This document shows, piece by piece, positions 1 through 11,641 of a stretch of 43,492 bases of DNA. Both the position numbers and the translations under genes were made by a program. Below the pieces are notes generated by a model. It saw only the letters and a list, made by a program, of their open reading frames with translations. It was not told the DNA's origin and ran no database searches. Numbering within the stretch: the stretch's first letter is position 1; the number at the start of each line of letters is the position of its first letter. This stretch comes from a bacterium. GTDB taxonomy: Bacteria; Eisenbacteria; RBG-16-71-46. The stretch spans positions 1 through 43,492 of the forward strand of contig JAYWEM010000065.1 in assembly GCA_043779265.1 (NCBI GenBank). The letters are read 5' to 3'.

Positions 1-94
1 GGCCGCGGGGGAGACCTCGCGGCCCGACGTGTCTCTGGAGCACCTTCCGCTCGTGCGATAGGGTGCAGGCCGACCTTCTCTCTGGAGTGGACCC

Positions 95-2404
95 GTGGCT
101 GAACGATTCCCGCTGAACCCCGCGCAGCAGGCAGCCGTGGAGCATGACGGTGGCGCGGCGCTCGTCATCGCCGGCGCCGGCTCGGGCAAGACCCGCGTGC
201 TGACCGCGCGCGTTGCGACGCTGCTCGAACGTGGAGTCGAGCCCGAGGGCATCCTCGCGTTCACGTTCACGAATCGCGCCGCTCGCGAGATGCGTGCCCG
301 GATCGAGCAGGCGGTGGGCCCGGTGGCGAGTCGGCTCTGGATCGGCACGTTCCACGCCACGGCGATGAGGCTCCTGCGGCGTGAGGCCGGAACACTCGGC
401 TTGCCGACCGGATTCACGGTCTACGATCGCGAGGATCAGGAGGGCCTGCTCAAGCGCGTGCTCAAGGATCTCGGGCTCGGGGATTCCGGCTACAAGATCG
501 GCGCGGTGCTCTCGCGCATCTCCGATGCCAAGAACGCCCTGGTCTCTCCCGAGGCTTTCGAGAAGGCGGCGCTCTCGCCCTTCGAGCAGAGGATCGGCGA
601 GTGCTTTGCGCGCTACCAGCAGGGGCTGCGGCGGGCGGGCGCTCTCGACTTCGACGATCTGATCGGCGAGACGGTTCGGCTGCTGCTCCATCACCCGGCT
701 GCGGCGAGTCGCTGGCAGCAGCGATTCCGTCATGTGCTGGTGGACGAGTACCAGGACACGAACCACGCTCAGTTCCGGCTCGTCCAGGCGTTGGCGACCG
801 GGCAAGGCAATCTGTTCGTCGTGGGCGATGATGATCAGTCGATCTACGGGTGGCGCGGAGCGGACCTCTCGAACGTGCTCGACTTCGAGGAGGCGTTCCC
901 GGGGGCGGTCACGTTCCGGCTCGAGCAGAACTATCGCTCGACGCGCACGATTCTCGATGCGGCGAACGCGATGATCTCGCACAACCAGGCTCGCAAGGGC
1001 AAGACGCTGTGGAGCGATCGCGAGGCGGGTCGGCCGATCCTCTTCACGCTATGCAGCGACGAGAGCGACGAGGCGAGGCGCGTGCGCGGCTGGCTCGAGG
1101 AACAGCGTCATCGTGGCCGGGCACTGCGTCGCTGTGCGGTGTTGTATCGGACCAACTCGCAGTCGCGCGCCCTCGAGACCGAACTGCGGCAGAATCGCAT
1201 GCCCTACGAGATCGTCGGCGGGCTGTCGTTCTTCCAGCGCCGCGAAGTGAAGGACGTCCTGGCCTACCTTCGGCTCGTGGTGAATCCGGCCGATGGCGCC
1301 GCCTTCTTCCGCATCTGGAATACGCCGAGACGCGGCATGGGTCCGGTCGTCCTGGCCGCGGTCGAGGGTCAGCTGGCGGCAGGGGCCGCGAACCCGATCG
1401 AGGCGCTGAGAGCGGTCCGCGCGGCGGGCGGCCTGAAGGGCGCTGCTCGCGCTGGTGGTGACCAGTTGCTCGCGCTGCTCGATGAGCTAAGTGCCCAAGC
1501 GGCAGAGCCCGCGGAGATCGTGTTCGGCCGGATGCTCGAGCGAACCGGCTATCTCGAGGGGATCGAAGCCTCGACGGATTCGGAACTCGCCGAGCGTCGC
1601 GCCAACGTCGAGGAACTCGGCGTGGCCGCGGCGCAGTTCTCGGCGCAGGGGCGTGGGGGCCTGCTGGACTGGTTGTCGGAGTGCTCGCTGCTGACCGATG
1701 CCGATCGCCTGCACGAGGATCAGGATCGGGTTCTGCTCCTGACCATCCACAACGCCAAGGGCCTCGAGTTCGGCGCGGTGGCGATCGCGGGCCTCGAGGA
1801 GGGACTGATGCCGCACGCCTCGTCGCTCGAGGATGCGACCCAGCTCGAGGAGGAGCGGCGTCTGTTCTATGTCGCACTCACGCGAGCGGAGGACGAGGTG
1901 CTGCTGACCGCCGCGTCGTTCCGCCGCCGCTACACCGCGGGTGGGGCGATGGGGAGTTGGGGCGGCCAGGTCTCGCGATTCGTCGAGGAGGTGCCCCCGC
2001 ATCTGCTGCATCGCGAAGGCGGCGCGCGATCGGCTTCAGCCGAGCGTGCACCCGAGCGCGGCGACTCGCATCGCACGGGAGCGAGGGGCGCGCATGCACG
2101 TCGTGGAACGGCCTCCGGTGTGTGGCGGGATCCGCATGGGATGTCGCGCGATGAAGTCCGCGACCTCAGCCTCGATCACGGCGGGTCGGATGTCGATGTG
2201 ATCCCGCGCGTTCCCTCGGCGCGCTCGGCGGAGAGCCGACGTGCGATCGGACATGCGGTGTTCCACGAGAAGTTCGGTCGCGGAACGGTGCTCGATGCCG
2301 AGGGCGGCGGCCCCGACATGAAGCTGACCGTGCGCTTCGCCGGTTCGGTCAAGAAAGTGCTGGCCCGATTCGTCATGGGAGGGGCCGATGTCGATCCCGC
2401 GTGA
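95..2404 (+). CDS. pcrA: ATP-dependent DNA helicase, UvrD/PcrA family (SF1A)
   Basis: LNPAQ Q-motif, AGAGSGKT Walker A, TFTNRAA, VDEYQD, VGDDDQSIYGWRGA, LEQNYRS, TIHNAKGLEF, EEERRLFYVALTRA. C-terminal Tudor-like VFHEKFGRGTV domain. GTG start after GGAG. Confidence 0.95.
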   Translation: MAERFPLNPAQQAAVEHDGGAALVIAGAGSGKTRVLTARVATLLERGVEPEGILAFTFTNRAAREMRARIEQAVGPVASRLWIGTFHATAMRLLRREAGTLGLPTGFTVYDREDQEGLLKRVLKDLGLGDSGYKIGAVLSRISDAKNALVSPEAFEKAALSPFEQRIGECFARYQQGLRRAGALDFDDLIGETVRLLLHHPAAASRWQQRFRHVLVDEYQDTNHAQFRLVQALATGQGNLFVVGDDDQSIYGWRGADLSNVLDFEEAFPGAVTFRLEQNYRSTRTILDAANAMISHNQARKGKTLWSDREAGRPILFTLCSDESDEARRVRGWLEEQRHRGRALRRCAVLYRTNSQSRALETELRQNRMPYEIVGGLSFFQRREVKDVLAYLRLVVNPADGAAFFRIWNTPRRGMGPVVLAAVEGQLAAGAANPIEALRAVRAAGGLKGAARAGGDQLLALLDELSAQAAEPAEIVFGRMLERTGYLEGIEASTDSELAERRANVEELGVAAAQFSAQGRGGLLDWLSECSLLTDADRLHEDQDRVLLLTIHNAKGLEFGAVAIAGLEEGLMPHASSLEDATQLEEERRLFYVALTRAEDEVLLTAASFRRRYTAGGAMGSWGGQVSRFVEEVPPHLLHREGGARSASAERAPERGDSHRTGARGAHARRGTASGVWRDPHGMSRDEVRDLSLDHGGSDVDVIPRVPSARSAESRRAIGHAVFHEKFGRGTVLDAEGGGPDMKLTVRFAGSVKKVLARFVMGGADVDPA

Positions 2405-2683
2405 GGAGGTGCTGCGCGTCGCCGCGCTCGCCCGCATCGAGATCCCCGTGGACGAAGTCGACCTCGTCGCTTCGCAGCTCTCCGGCATCCTCGACTTCGC
2501 GGCTCAACTGGATCGACTCGACCTCGGCTCGGGCGAGCCATTGGCCTTCGCACCCGAAGCCGCGGCGGCGAGGCCCGACGCCGCGGATGGCCGTCAGCTC
2601 GCGCCGGGGCAGGCGACCGATGCGGCACCGGAGTCCGAGGATGGGCACTTCCTCGTTCCTCCGGTGGTGGAGCATCTGAACCC

Positions 2684-2687
<4 letters not shown>
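2388..2687 (+). CDS. gatC: Asp-tRNA(Asn)/Glu-tRNA(Gln) amidotransferase subunit C
   Basis: MSIPREEVLRVAALARI...ILDFAAQL...APESEDGHFLVPPVV pattern, GGAGG RBS, directly upstream of gatA and gatB. Confidence 0.93.
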
Positions 2688-4143
<1,456 letters not shown>

Positions 4144-4162
<19 letters not shown>

Positions 4163-5601
4163 TCGGGCTGGAGTGCCACATCCAGCTGCGCACGAACACC
4201 AAGATGTTCTGTTCGTGCCCCATCGAGTTCGGGGCGGCGGCCAATACGCTCGTCTGCCCCGTCTGTCTCGGACTGCCCGGCTCACTGCCACGACTGAACG
4301 AGGCAGCGGCGGACATGGCGCTGCGGCTGGCACTCGCACTCGACTGCCGGATCCGCGAGCGCAGCGTGTTCGCGCGCAAGCACTACTTCTACCCCGACAT
4401 GCCGAAGAACTACCAGATCACGCAGTACGATCGACCCTATTGCGAAGGGGGTTCGGTCCCGGTCCAGATCGAGGGCGTCACAAGGCGGTTCGAGCTGACG
4501 CGCATCCACTGCGAGGAGGATGCCGGCAAGACATTCCATCCCGAACGCATCTCCGATCGCCGACGTTCGCGCGTGGACTACAACCGCGCTGGAGTGCCGC
4601 TGCTGGAATTGGTGACCGAGCCCGTGTTCCGCACCGCGGCCGAGTGCTCGGCATTCCTGACCGTGCTGCGCAAGCTCGTCCGCACGCTCGCGATCTCGGG
4701 CGGCGACATGGAGAAGGGGCAGTTGCGCTGCGACGCGAACGTCTCGCTGCGTGAAGCTGGCCACGACGGGCTCGGCACCAAGACCGAGATCAAGAACCTG
4801 AACACGATCAAGGGCGTCGAGCGCGGGGTGGAAGCCGAGATCGAGCGCCAGCGTCGGCTGATCGCCGCGGGGGACCGGGTCGTGCAGGCGACGCTGCTCT
4901 ATGACGCCGACGCCGATCGTCTGGCGGTGATGCGCACGAAGGAGCACGCGCACGACTATCGCTACTTCCCGGATCCCGACCTCCCGATCCTGACGCTCGC
5001 GCCCGAGCGGATCGAAGCGGTGCGCCGCTCGCTGCCCGAACTTCCGTGGCAGCGCGAATCGAGGCTGGCCGAACAGTACGGGCTGCCCGCCTACGATGCC
5101 GCGGTGCTCTCGGAGCCGCGGGAGTTGGCGGACTACTACGAGGCGGTGGCGGGCGCATCGGATGGGAAGCTGGCGAGTAACTGGCTGATGACCGAGGTGC
5201 TCCGAGTGCTGAAGGAGCGCGAATGGAGTCTCGAGCAGTGGGTGGCCCAGGTTCCCGCGACGCGCATGGCGGCCTTCCTCGCGCGAGTCGCCTCGCGCCA
5301 ACTGCCCGGGCCGTTGGCCAAGCAGGTCTTCGCGTGGATGCTCGAGGAACCGGGTGATGTCGAGTCGCTGCTCTCAGCCCACAACGTGGCGGTGCAGTCC
5401 TCGGCCGAGTCGCTCGAGCCGCTCGTGCGCTCGGTGATGGAGGAGAACGCCAAGGTGGTCGAGGATCTCCTCGCCGGCCGCGAGGCGGCGTTCGGCTTCC
5501 TCGTCGGACAGGTGATGAGGAAGAGTGGCGGCCAGGCCGTGCCCCAGACCGTGCAGCAGTTACTGCGCGCTGCACTCGACGCGCGCGCCGCGGGCGGATG
5601 A
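4144..5601 (+). CDS. gatB: Asp-tRNA(Asn)/Glu-tRNA(Gln) amidotransferase subunit B
   Basis: VIGLECHIQL, CPVCLGLPG, RKHYFYPD, HCEEDAGK, DYNRAGVPLLE, RCDANVS, EIKNLN, YRYFPDPDL, FLVGQVMR. Confidence 0.97.
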
Positions 5602-6272
5602 GCGGCCGACTCGCCGAGGCGCTCCGCACGGCGCTCGAGTCGCCGATCGGGGACCATCTCGGTCAGGTGTTCCATGCCCCGTTCGTGACCGTTCTGCTCG
5701 CGGAGCAAGGCGGCGGCGAAGCCACCGCGGAGGCCCTCGAGGTGGCTCGTGATGCGCTGGCTCGCTGTGGCGTCGCACCGGGGCGGCAGATGGTGCTGCT
5801 CGCCTCGACGGGAGCGCCGCTCACGGATGCACGGGAAGTCGCCCGAGCGCTTCGATCCCGACTGGGGCTTCCGGTCGTCCTGCACGATCCCGCTCGCTCG
5901 CCGAGCATGCTGTCCTCGAAGGAGGGAGGGCTCCGCATCGCGCTCGATGATGAGTTGAGGGAGGCGGAGGCGGTGGTGGTCGTGAGCGAGATCCGCGTGG
6001 GAGCTGCGTTCGGCGAAGCGGGAGGCGAGGAGTTGTTGGTTCCGGGCGCCGCGGATGCGGAGTCGATCGAGCGCTGCGCGCGGCTCGCCACGACGCCCGA
6101 AGGCCGCGCCGAGGTCGCGCGAGTCGCGATGGCCACGTGCCGGATCGACTATGCGCTCCTGTGGTCTCGCGGCGAGGACGTCCGCGCATGGGCCGGGGAG
6201 GCGCCCGCGGTGTTCGACCTCGCGCGGCAGGCGATCACGCTGCGGCGTGCGCCACGAGCCGAACCGATCTAG
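5598..6272 (+). CDS. Hypothetical protein with weak resemblance to the lactate racemase LarA N-terminal domain (DUF2088-like), catalytic residues apparently absent
   Basis: ATGA-coupled to gatB. Segments VLLASTG, VVLHDP and AEAVVVVSEI..AAFGEAGGEELLVPGAA..ESI resemble LarA motifs recalled from memory (ILIATGxH, NHD, HxFAGFSGGRKxILPGxA). Confidence 0.45.
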   Translation: MSGRLAEALRTALESPIGDHLGQVFHAPFVTVLLAEQGGGEATAEALEVARDALARCGVAPGRQMVLLASTGAPLTDAREVARALRSRLGLPVVLHDPARSPSMLSSKEGGLRIALDDELREAEAVVVVSEIRVGAAFGEAGGEELLVPGAADAESIERCARLATTPEGRAEVARVAMATCRIDYALLWSRGEDVRAWAGEAPAVFDLARQAITLRRAPRAEPI

Positions 6273-6281
6273 AGTCGGGTC

Positions 6282-7583
6282 ATGCGTCCATCTCACATCC
6301 TGATCGTCGGCGCGGGCGGACGTGAGCACGCGCTCGCGTGGCGGCTCGCGCGCGACCCGCATGCGCCGGTGGTGGAGATGGCCCCTGGCCATGACGGTGC
6401 GGCGACGGAGTTCACCTGCCATCCGGTCTCGGAACTCGATGCCGAGGGGATCGCCCGCATCGTGCGCGATCGCGGCATCGACCTGGTCGTCATCGGTCCC
6501 GAGGCGCCGCTGGCCGCCGGGGTCTCGGACCGGATCTCGGAACTCTCGATCCCGGTGTTCGGACCCTCGCAGGCGGCGGCGCGGCTCGAGGCGAGCAAGT
6601 GGTTCGCCAAGGAGATCATGCTCGCGGCCTCCGTCCCGACGGCACGCGCCGAGCGTCACTCCGATGCCCGGGCGGCCCTGCAGGCCCTCTCGCGTTTCGA
6701 GGCACCGTGGGTGATCAAGGCCGACGGGCTCGCGGCGGGCAAGGGCGTGTGCGTCACGTCGGCCGAGACGGAGGCGCTGGCGTTCATCCGCGACTGCCTC
6801 GAGAGCGATCGATTCGGTGAAGGCGGTCGCGCCGTGGTGATCGAGGAGCACCTCGTGGGCGAGGAGGTCTCGGTCATGGCGGTGTGCGACGGCTCGCGCG
6901 CGGTTCTGCTTCCACCGGCGCGCGACTACAAGCGCGCGCTCGATGGCGACCTGGGCCCCAACACGGGAGGCATGGGTTCGTACGCGCCGGCCGGTTCGCT
7001 GGATGCCTCGGGCGAGCGCGACGTGCTCGAGCACATCGTCGAGCCGGTCCTTCGGGTAATGGCCTCGAAGGGGATGCCGTACCGGGGGCTCCTCTACTGC
7101 GGGCTCATTTTGACCGAGCAGGGACCCCGGGTGATCGAGTTCAACGCGCGATTCGGCGATCCGGAAGCACAGAGCATCCTGCCGCTCGTGGCGGGTTCGC
7201 TCTCCTCGCTCCTCGCATCGGCGGCGAGCGGCGAGTTGACGCCTTCGGTCATCGGGCGCGAAGCGGGCGCCGCGGTCACGTTGGCTCTCGTCGCCGAGGG
7301 TTACCCGGATCGGACGACGCCGGGCGGGAGGATCGAGGGCCTCGACGAGGTGGCGAGTCGATTCGATGTGCATGTGTTCCACGCCGCCACGCGCCGCCAG
7401 GACGGCTGGGTCGTGAGCGGCGGGCGAGCCGCCTATCTCACCGCCGTCGCGACCGACGTCGAGGCGGCTCGCGTGCGCGTGATGGCCGCGCGAGCCTCGC
7501 TGAGCGGCGATCGGTGGCGCGCTCGAGCCGACGTCGCGCTCAGCATCGCGGCCCCGCCGCTCGCCGCCCGGAGGGGCGCATGA
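6282..7583 (+). CDS. purD: Phosphoribosylamine--glycine ligase
   Basis: GAGGREHALAW, IGPEAPLAAG, LEASKWFAK, VIKADGLAAGKGV, DYKRALDGDLGPNTGGMG, IEFNARFGDPEAQ. Confidence 0.97.
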   Translation: MRPSHILIVGAGGREHALAWRLARDPHAPVVEMAPGHDGAATEFTCHPVSELDAEGIARIVRDRGIDLVVIGPEAPLAAGVSDRISELSIPVFGPSQAAARLEASKWFAKEIMLAASVPTARAERHSDARAALQALSRFEAPWVIKADGLAAGKGVCVTSAETEALAFIRDCLESDRFGEGGRAVVIEEHLVGEEVSVMAVCDGSRAVLLPPARDYKRALDGDLGPNTGGMGSYAPAGSLDASGERDVLEHIVEPVLRVMASKGMPYRGLLYCGLILTEQGPRVIEFNARFGDPEAQSILPLVAGSLSSLLASAASGELTPSVIGREAGAAVTLALVAEGYPDRTTPGGRIEGLDEVASRFDVHVFHAATRRQDGWVVSGGRAAYLTAVATDVEAARVRVMAARASLSGDRWRARADVALSIAAPPLAARRGA

Positions 7584-8236
7584 GCGTCGAAGTGCTTCCC
7601 ATCGATTCGCTGCGCCCCGATCGCGCCGTGCTCGACGTTGCGGCGGAGGCCGTTCTACGAGGCGGCGTCATCAGCTTCCCGGGCGACTCCCTGTACGTGC
7701 TCGGTTGTTCGCTGCTCGATGTCTCCGCGGTCGAACTCGTGGCTCGCCTCAAGCGGCGGGGGCCCGGCAAGGCCGTCATCTCACTGATCCCCGATCCGTC
7801 CCAGGCCCAGGCTCTGGCATTGGTCGTGAGCCCGGTTGCCAAGCGCCTCATGGACTCGTTCTGGCCGGGGCCGCTGTCGCTCATCTTCCTCGCCGCCTCG
7901 ATCGTGCCGAAAGGGGTCCAGGGGCAGGGCGGCACGGTGGCACTGCGCTGCCCGCGCGATCCGCTCTCCCAGGCCCTGCTCGCCCGAGTCGGGGGGCCGG
8001 TGGTGGCGAGCAGTGCCAACCTCACGGGACAGCCACCCGCGCAGACGGCCGAGGAGGTTCGAACACTGTTCGGCAATACGCTCGATCTGATCCTCGATGG
8101 CGGTCCCCGGCGATTGGACATCCCGACGACGCTGGTGGACGTGAGCGGTCCCCGGCCGAAGCTCGTTCGGCGCGGCGCGCTCGAGGTGGACGCGCTCCTC
8201 GGGGACTTCGAGGACCTCAGCGGCGGTAACGGTTGA
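7580..8236 (+). CDS. Threonylcarbamoyl-AMP synthase, Sua5/YrdC/YciO (TsaC) family
   Basis: True start is the ATG at 7580 (ATGA overlap with purD) inside the 6884 ORF. Motifs FPGDSLYVLGC, LKRR, FWPGPLS, VALRCP, SSANLTG, ILDGG, TTLVD. Confidence 0.9.
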   Translation: MSVEVLPIDSLRPDRAVLDVAAEAVLRGGVISFPGDSLYVLGCSLLDVSAVELVARLKRRGPGKAVISLIPDPSQAQALALVVSPVAKRLMDSFWPGPLSLIFLAASIVPKGVQGQGGTVALRCPRDPLSQALLARVGGPVVASSANLTGQPPAQTAEEVRTLFGNTLDLILDGGPRRLDIPTTLVDVSGPRPKLVRRGALEVDALLGDFEDLSGGNG

Positions 8237-8262
8237 CCCGCCTTCCGCGGGCCTCCTATCCT
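8233..8262 (+). promoter_or_regulatory. Putative sigma70 promoter TTGACC-N18-TATCCT, probably giving a leaderless transcript of the phosphatase gene
   Basis: TTGACC 8233-8238 and TATCCT 8257-8262. The ATG at 8271 is 8 nt downstream and has no SD. Confidence 0.6.
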
Positions 8263-8270
8263 CGACTCCC

Positions 8271-8765
8271 ATGTCCCCATCCGATCCCGTCGTCCGAGTC
8301 CTGTTCGTCTGCACCGGGAACACCTGCCGCAGCCCATTGGCGGCGGCGGCCCTCGTGCACGAGTTGGGCACTGACGCGAGCCGGGTGCAGATCGGCTCTG
8401 CTGGTACCTCCGCATGGGAGGGACAACCGGCCAGCGAAGGCTCGGTCCGTGTGGCAGAAGCCGACGGCATCGACCTCGCATCGCATCGATCGAAGCGGGT
8501 CTCGGTCACCGAGATCCGAGCCGCGGACTGGGTGTTCGTGATGGAGCCCATGCACCGCATCGCACTCGAGGCGGTCGGTGGACCGCGCGATCGGGTGCAT
8601 GTGATCAGTGAATGGCCAGCTGGAGGCGAGCCGGACCTCGAGGTCTCGGATCCGTTCGGCGGGTCGATCGAAGCTTACGAGGAGTGCTGGCGACGCATCC
8701 GCCGACACGTGCAGCGCATTGCGCCGCATGTCCGGCAGGCGCTGCGCGAGCGCATGGCGTCCTAG
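8271..8765 (+). CDS. Low-molecular-weight protein phosphatase, probably arginine-specific (YwlE-like)
   Basis: P-loop VCTGNTCRS and DPFGG catalytic Asp. Synteny tsaC-phosphatase-rpiB-glyA matches Bacillus ywlC-ywlE-ywlF-glyA. Confidence 0.88.
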   Translation: MSPSDPVVRVLFVCTGNTCRSPLAAAALVHELGTDASRVQIGSAGTSAWEGQPASEGSVRVAEADGIDLASHRSKRVSVTEIRAADWVFVMEPMHRIALEAVGGPRDRVHVISEWPAGGEPDLEVSDPFGGSIEAYEECWRRIRRHVQRIAPHVRQALRERMAS

Positions 8766-8790
8766 CGAGCCCCGACCACGAGGTGTCACG

Positions 8791-9738
8791 ATGGCGATGA
8801 CGAAGTCCGAGAAGATCTGGATGAACGGCGAGCTCGTGGCGTGGGATGACGCGAAGGTCCATGTCCTCTCGCACGCTCTGCACTACGGCTCCAGCGTATT
8901 CGAAGGCATTCGCGCCTATCGCACTCCGAAGGGTCCTGCCGTGTTCCGGCTCCCCGAGCACATGGAACGGCTGATGCAGTCCGCGAAGATCTACCGGATG
9001 AAAGTGCCTTACACCCAGCAGGACCTGGAGCGCGCCGTCCTCGAGACGATCGCGGTGAACGGCCTCGCCGAGTGCTACATCCGTCCGCTCGTCTACCGCG
9101 GCTACGCGCACGTCGGCGTCAATCCCATCGGCACGCCGATCGATGTCGCGATCGCGGCGTACCCGTGGGGCAAGTACCTGGGCGATGACGCGTTGACCAA
9201 GGGCGTCGCCGTCAAGATCGGCACGTGGGCGCGCATGGCGCCGAACACGCTCCCGGCCCTGGCGAAGGCGGGTGGCAATTACCTCAACTCGCAATTGCTC
9301 AAGCTGGAGGCGGTCGAGGATGGCTACGCGGAGGCGATCGCCCTCGATACCAACGGCTATGTCAGCGAGGGCAGTGGCGAGAACCTGTTCATCGTCGTGA
9401 AGGGCGAACTCCTGACGCCGCCGCTGCATTCGAGCATCCTCGGCGGCATCACGCGCAACACGGTCTCCAAGCTGGCGACCGAGCTGGGCTATTCGGTGCG
9501 CGAGGCGGTCATCCCCCGCGAGCTGCTCTATCTGGCGGATGAGTTGTTCTTCACGGGAACGGCCGTCGAGGTGACTCCGGTCACGTCGGTCGATCGGCTC
9601 CCGGTGGGCGATGCTTCGGTGGGGCCGATCACGAAGGCGATCCAGAAGGCTTTCTTCGACATCGTCAACGGCGAGCAGCCGGACCGGCACGGGTGGCTGA
9701 CGGCGGTGCCGCAGAGCGCCTCGCTGCCGCGCGGCTGA
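8791..9738 (+). CDS. ilvE: Branched-chain amino acid aminotransferase
   Basis: IWMNGELV, HALHYGSSVFEGIRAY, YIRP, AKAGGNYLNS (PLP Lys), EGSGENLF, ILGGITR, ELFFTGTA. GAGGTG RBS before the ATG at 8791. Confidence 0.96.
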   Translation: MAMTKSEKIWMNGELVAWDDAKVHVLSHALHYGSSVFEGIRAYRTPKGPAVFRLPEHMERLMQSAKIYRMKVPYTQQDLERAVLETIAVNGLAECYIRPLVYRGYAHVGVNPIGTPIDVAIAAYPWGKYLGDDALTKGVAVKIGTWARMAPNTLPALAKAGGNYLNSQLLKLEAVEDGYAEAIALDTNGYVSEGSGENLFIVVKGELLTPPLHSSILGGITRNTVSKLATELGYSVREAVIPRELLYLADELFFTGTAVEVTPVTSVDRLPVGDASVGPITKAIQKAFFDIVNGEQPDRHGWLTAVPQSASLPRG

Positions 9739-10196
9739 TGCGCGTCGCGATCGGCAGCGATCATGCGGGCTTCGCGCTGAAGCAGCGTGTGGCCGAGGAA
9801 CTCGGCGCACTCGGGCACGAGGTCGTCGACCTCGGGACCGACTCGCCCGAACGATCCGTCGACTACCCCGATTTCTCGATCGCCGTCGCCGAACGCGTCG
9901 CGCAGGGCGAGGCCGATTGTGGGGTCATCGTGTGTGCCACCGGCATCGGCGCGAGCATCGCGGCCAACAAGGTGATGGGGGCGAGGGCCTCGGTGGTCAC
10001 CAGCGAGGAGACCGCTCGGCTGACGCGCGCGGACAACGACAGCAATGTGCTGGCGCTGGGTGCCAAGACCGCTCCGAGCGTGGAGGCCGCACTGGGCTGG
10101 ATGCGTGCCTGGTTGGAGACCCCGTTCGCGGCGGGACGCCATCTGCGCCGCGTCGACAAGATCCGGGACTACGAGGCGAAGCAGCAGAGACCCTGA
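9738..10196 (+). CDS. rpiB: Ribose-5-phosphate isomerase B
   Basis: GSDHAG, VDYPD, CATGIG.SIAANKV.G.RA, NDSNVLALG, GRHLRRVDKI. TGATG overlap with ilvE. Confidence 0.93.
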   Translation: MRVAIGSDHAGFALKQRVAEELGALGHEVVDLGTDSPERSVDYPDFSIAVAERVAQGEADCGVIVCATGIGASIAANKVMGARASVVTSEETARLTRADNDSNVLALGAKTAPSVEAALGWMRAWLETPFAAGRHLRRVDKIRDYEAKQQRP

Positions 10197-10233
10197 GACC
10201 GTTGCGCCGTGACCGGCGCGGAAGGAGACGCCC

Positions 10234-11508
10234 GTGTCGGAACTCGAACGGCAGGATCCCGCTCTCGCGCGGGTGATCCGCGATGAGGCGGACCGGCAGC
10301 GCTCGACACTCGAGCTGATCGCCTCGGAGAACTTCGTGAGCGATGCGGTCCTCGAGGCGGCGGGCTCGGTGCTGACCAACAAGTACGCTGAGGGCCTGCC
10401 GGGCAAGCGCTACTACGGCGGCTGCGAGTTCGTCGATGTCGCGGAGAACCTGGCGCGGGATCGCGTGCGTCAACTGTTCGGCGCGGTCCATGCGAACGTC
10501 CAGCCGCACTCGGGTGCATCGGCCAACATCGCCGCCTATCTCGCGGTCTCGAAGCCGGGGGACACATTGCTCGGCATGAGCCTGGCGCACGGCGGGCACC
10601 TGACCCACGGTCACCCGGTCTCGATCTCGGGGCAGCTGTGGAAGGCGGTCCAGTACGGCGTTCGCCTCGAGGATGGGCGCATCGACTATGAGGAGATGGA
10701 GCGACTGGCGCGTGAGCATCGCCCGCGAATCCTGGTCGCCGGCGCGAGCGCCTATCCGCGCATCATCGACTTCGAACGATTCGCTCGGGTGGCCGATGAG
10801 GTCGGTGCGACCCTGGTCGTGGACATGGCGCACATCGCCGGACTCGTCGCCGCCGGGCTGCACCCGAGCCCCGTGCCGCACGCCGCGGTGGTCACGAGCA
10901 CGACGCACAAGACGCTTCGTGGTCCGCGCGGCGGGATCATCCTGTGCCGCGCCGACTTGGCCGAGAAGGTGGACAAGCAGGTGTTCCCGGCGCTCCAGGG
11001 CGGGCCCTTGATGCACGTCATCGCGGCCAAGGCCGTGTGCTTCGGCGAAGCCCTGGCCCCGGCGTTCCGAACCTATGCCCAGCACGTGGTCACGAATGCG
11101 CGCGTGCTCGCGGAAACGCTGATCGCCGCCGGCTTCCCGCTGGTCTCGGGCGGCACCGACAATCACCTCATGCTGCTCGACCTCAGGGATCGCGGCATGA
11201 CGGGGAAGGTGGCCGAGGAGGCCCTCCATCGTGCGCACATGACCGTGAACAAGAATGCGGTCCCGGGCGATCCGCAGAAGCCATGGGTCACGAGCGGGAT
11301 CCGCATCGGGACGGCTGCGCTCACCACGCGGGGCATGGGTGAGGCGGAGATGCGGTCGATCGGCCTGTGGATCGCGCGCGTGCTGTCGGCGCCCGGCGAC
11401 GAGGCGGTCGCTTCGAGCGTGGCGCGTGAGGTCCACGAACTGACGGCGGGTTTTCCGCTATTCAAGGCTGATGCCGGCGAGCGCTCCGCCGCCGGTCGTG
11501 CAGGTTGA
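10234..11508 (+). CDS. glyA: Serine hydroxymethyltransferase
   Basis: [74 protein letters not shown]. Confidence 0.98.
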   Translation: MSELERQDPALARVIRDEADRQRSTLELIASENFVSDAVLEAAGSVLTNKYAEGLPGKRYYGGCEFVDVAENLARDRVRQLFGAVHANVQPHSGASANIAAYLAVSKPGDTLLGMSLAHGGHLTHGHPVSISGQLWKAVQYGVRLEDGRIDYEEMERLAREHRPRILVAGASAYPRIIDFERFARVADEVGATLVVDMAHIAGLVAAGLHPSPVPHAAVVTSTTHKTLRGPRGGIILCRADLAEKVDKQVFPALQGGPLMHVIAAKAVCFGEALAPAFRTYAQHVVTNARVLAETLIAAGFPLVSGGTDNHLMLLDLRDRGMTGKVAEEALHRAHMTVNKNAVPGDPQKPWVTSGIRIGTAALTTRGMGEAEMRSIGLWIARVLSAPGDEAVASSVAREVHELTAGFPLFKADAGERSAAGRAG

Positions 11509-11585
11509 GAGGCGGGACTCGCAGGCTGCAGCGGGGCGCTCCGCTGGCCGACCTCGAGTGCGCGTGAGGACGGGGGTTTGCTCTG

Positions 11586-11600
11586 TGGCACCTTTCATGC
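11586..11600 (+). promoter_or_regulatory. Putative sigma54 (-24/-12) promoter
   Basis: TGGCACCTTTCATGC gives GG-N10-GC with a TGGCAC -24 box, in the gap after glyA. Confidence 0.55.
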
Positions 11601-11641
11601 GTTCTCCGTGGGCTGCCTCGCACCTCCAGCGGAGACCTCCT

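Noticed and set aside
2017..2245. Low-complexity region in the helicase C-terminus, suspected insertion or frameshift
   Set aside because: The frame stays open and leads into the normal Tudor-like C-terminal domain. A variable linker here is typical of UvrD/PcrA.
5136..7382. Long minus-strand ORFs (e.g. 5136-7382, 16026-17816, 25053-27020, most of 22040-23962)
   Set aside because: Antisense shadows of well-supported plus-strand genes. Stop codons are scarce at this GC content and the translations are Arg/Pro-rich with no motifs.
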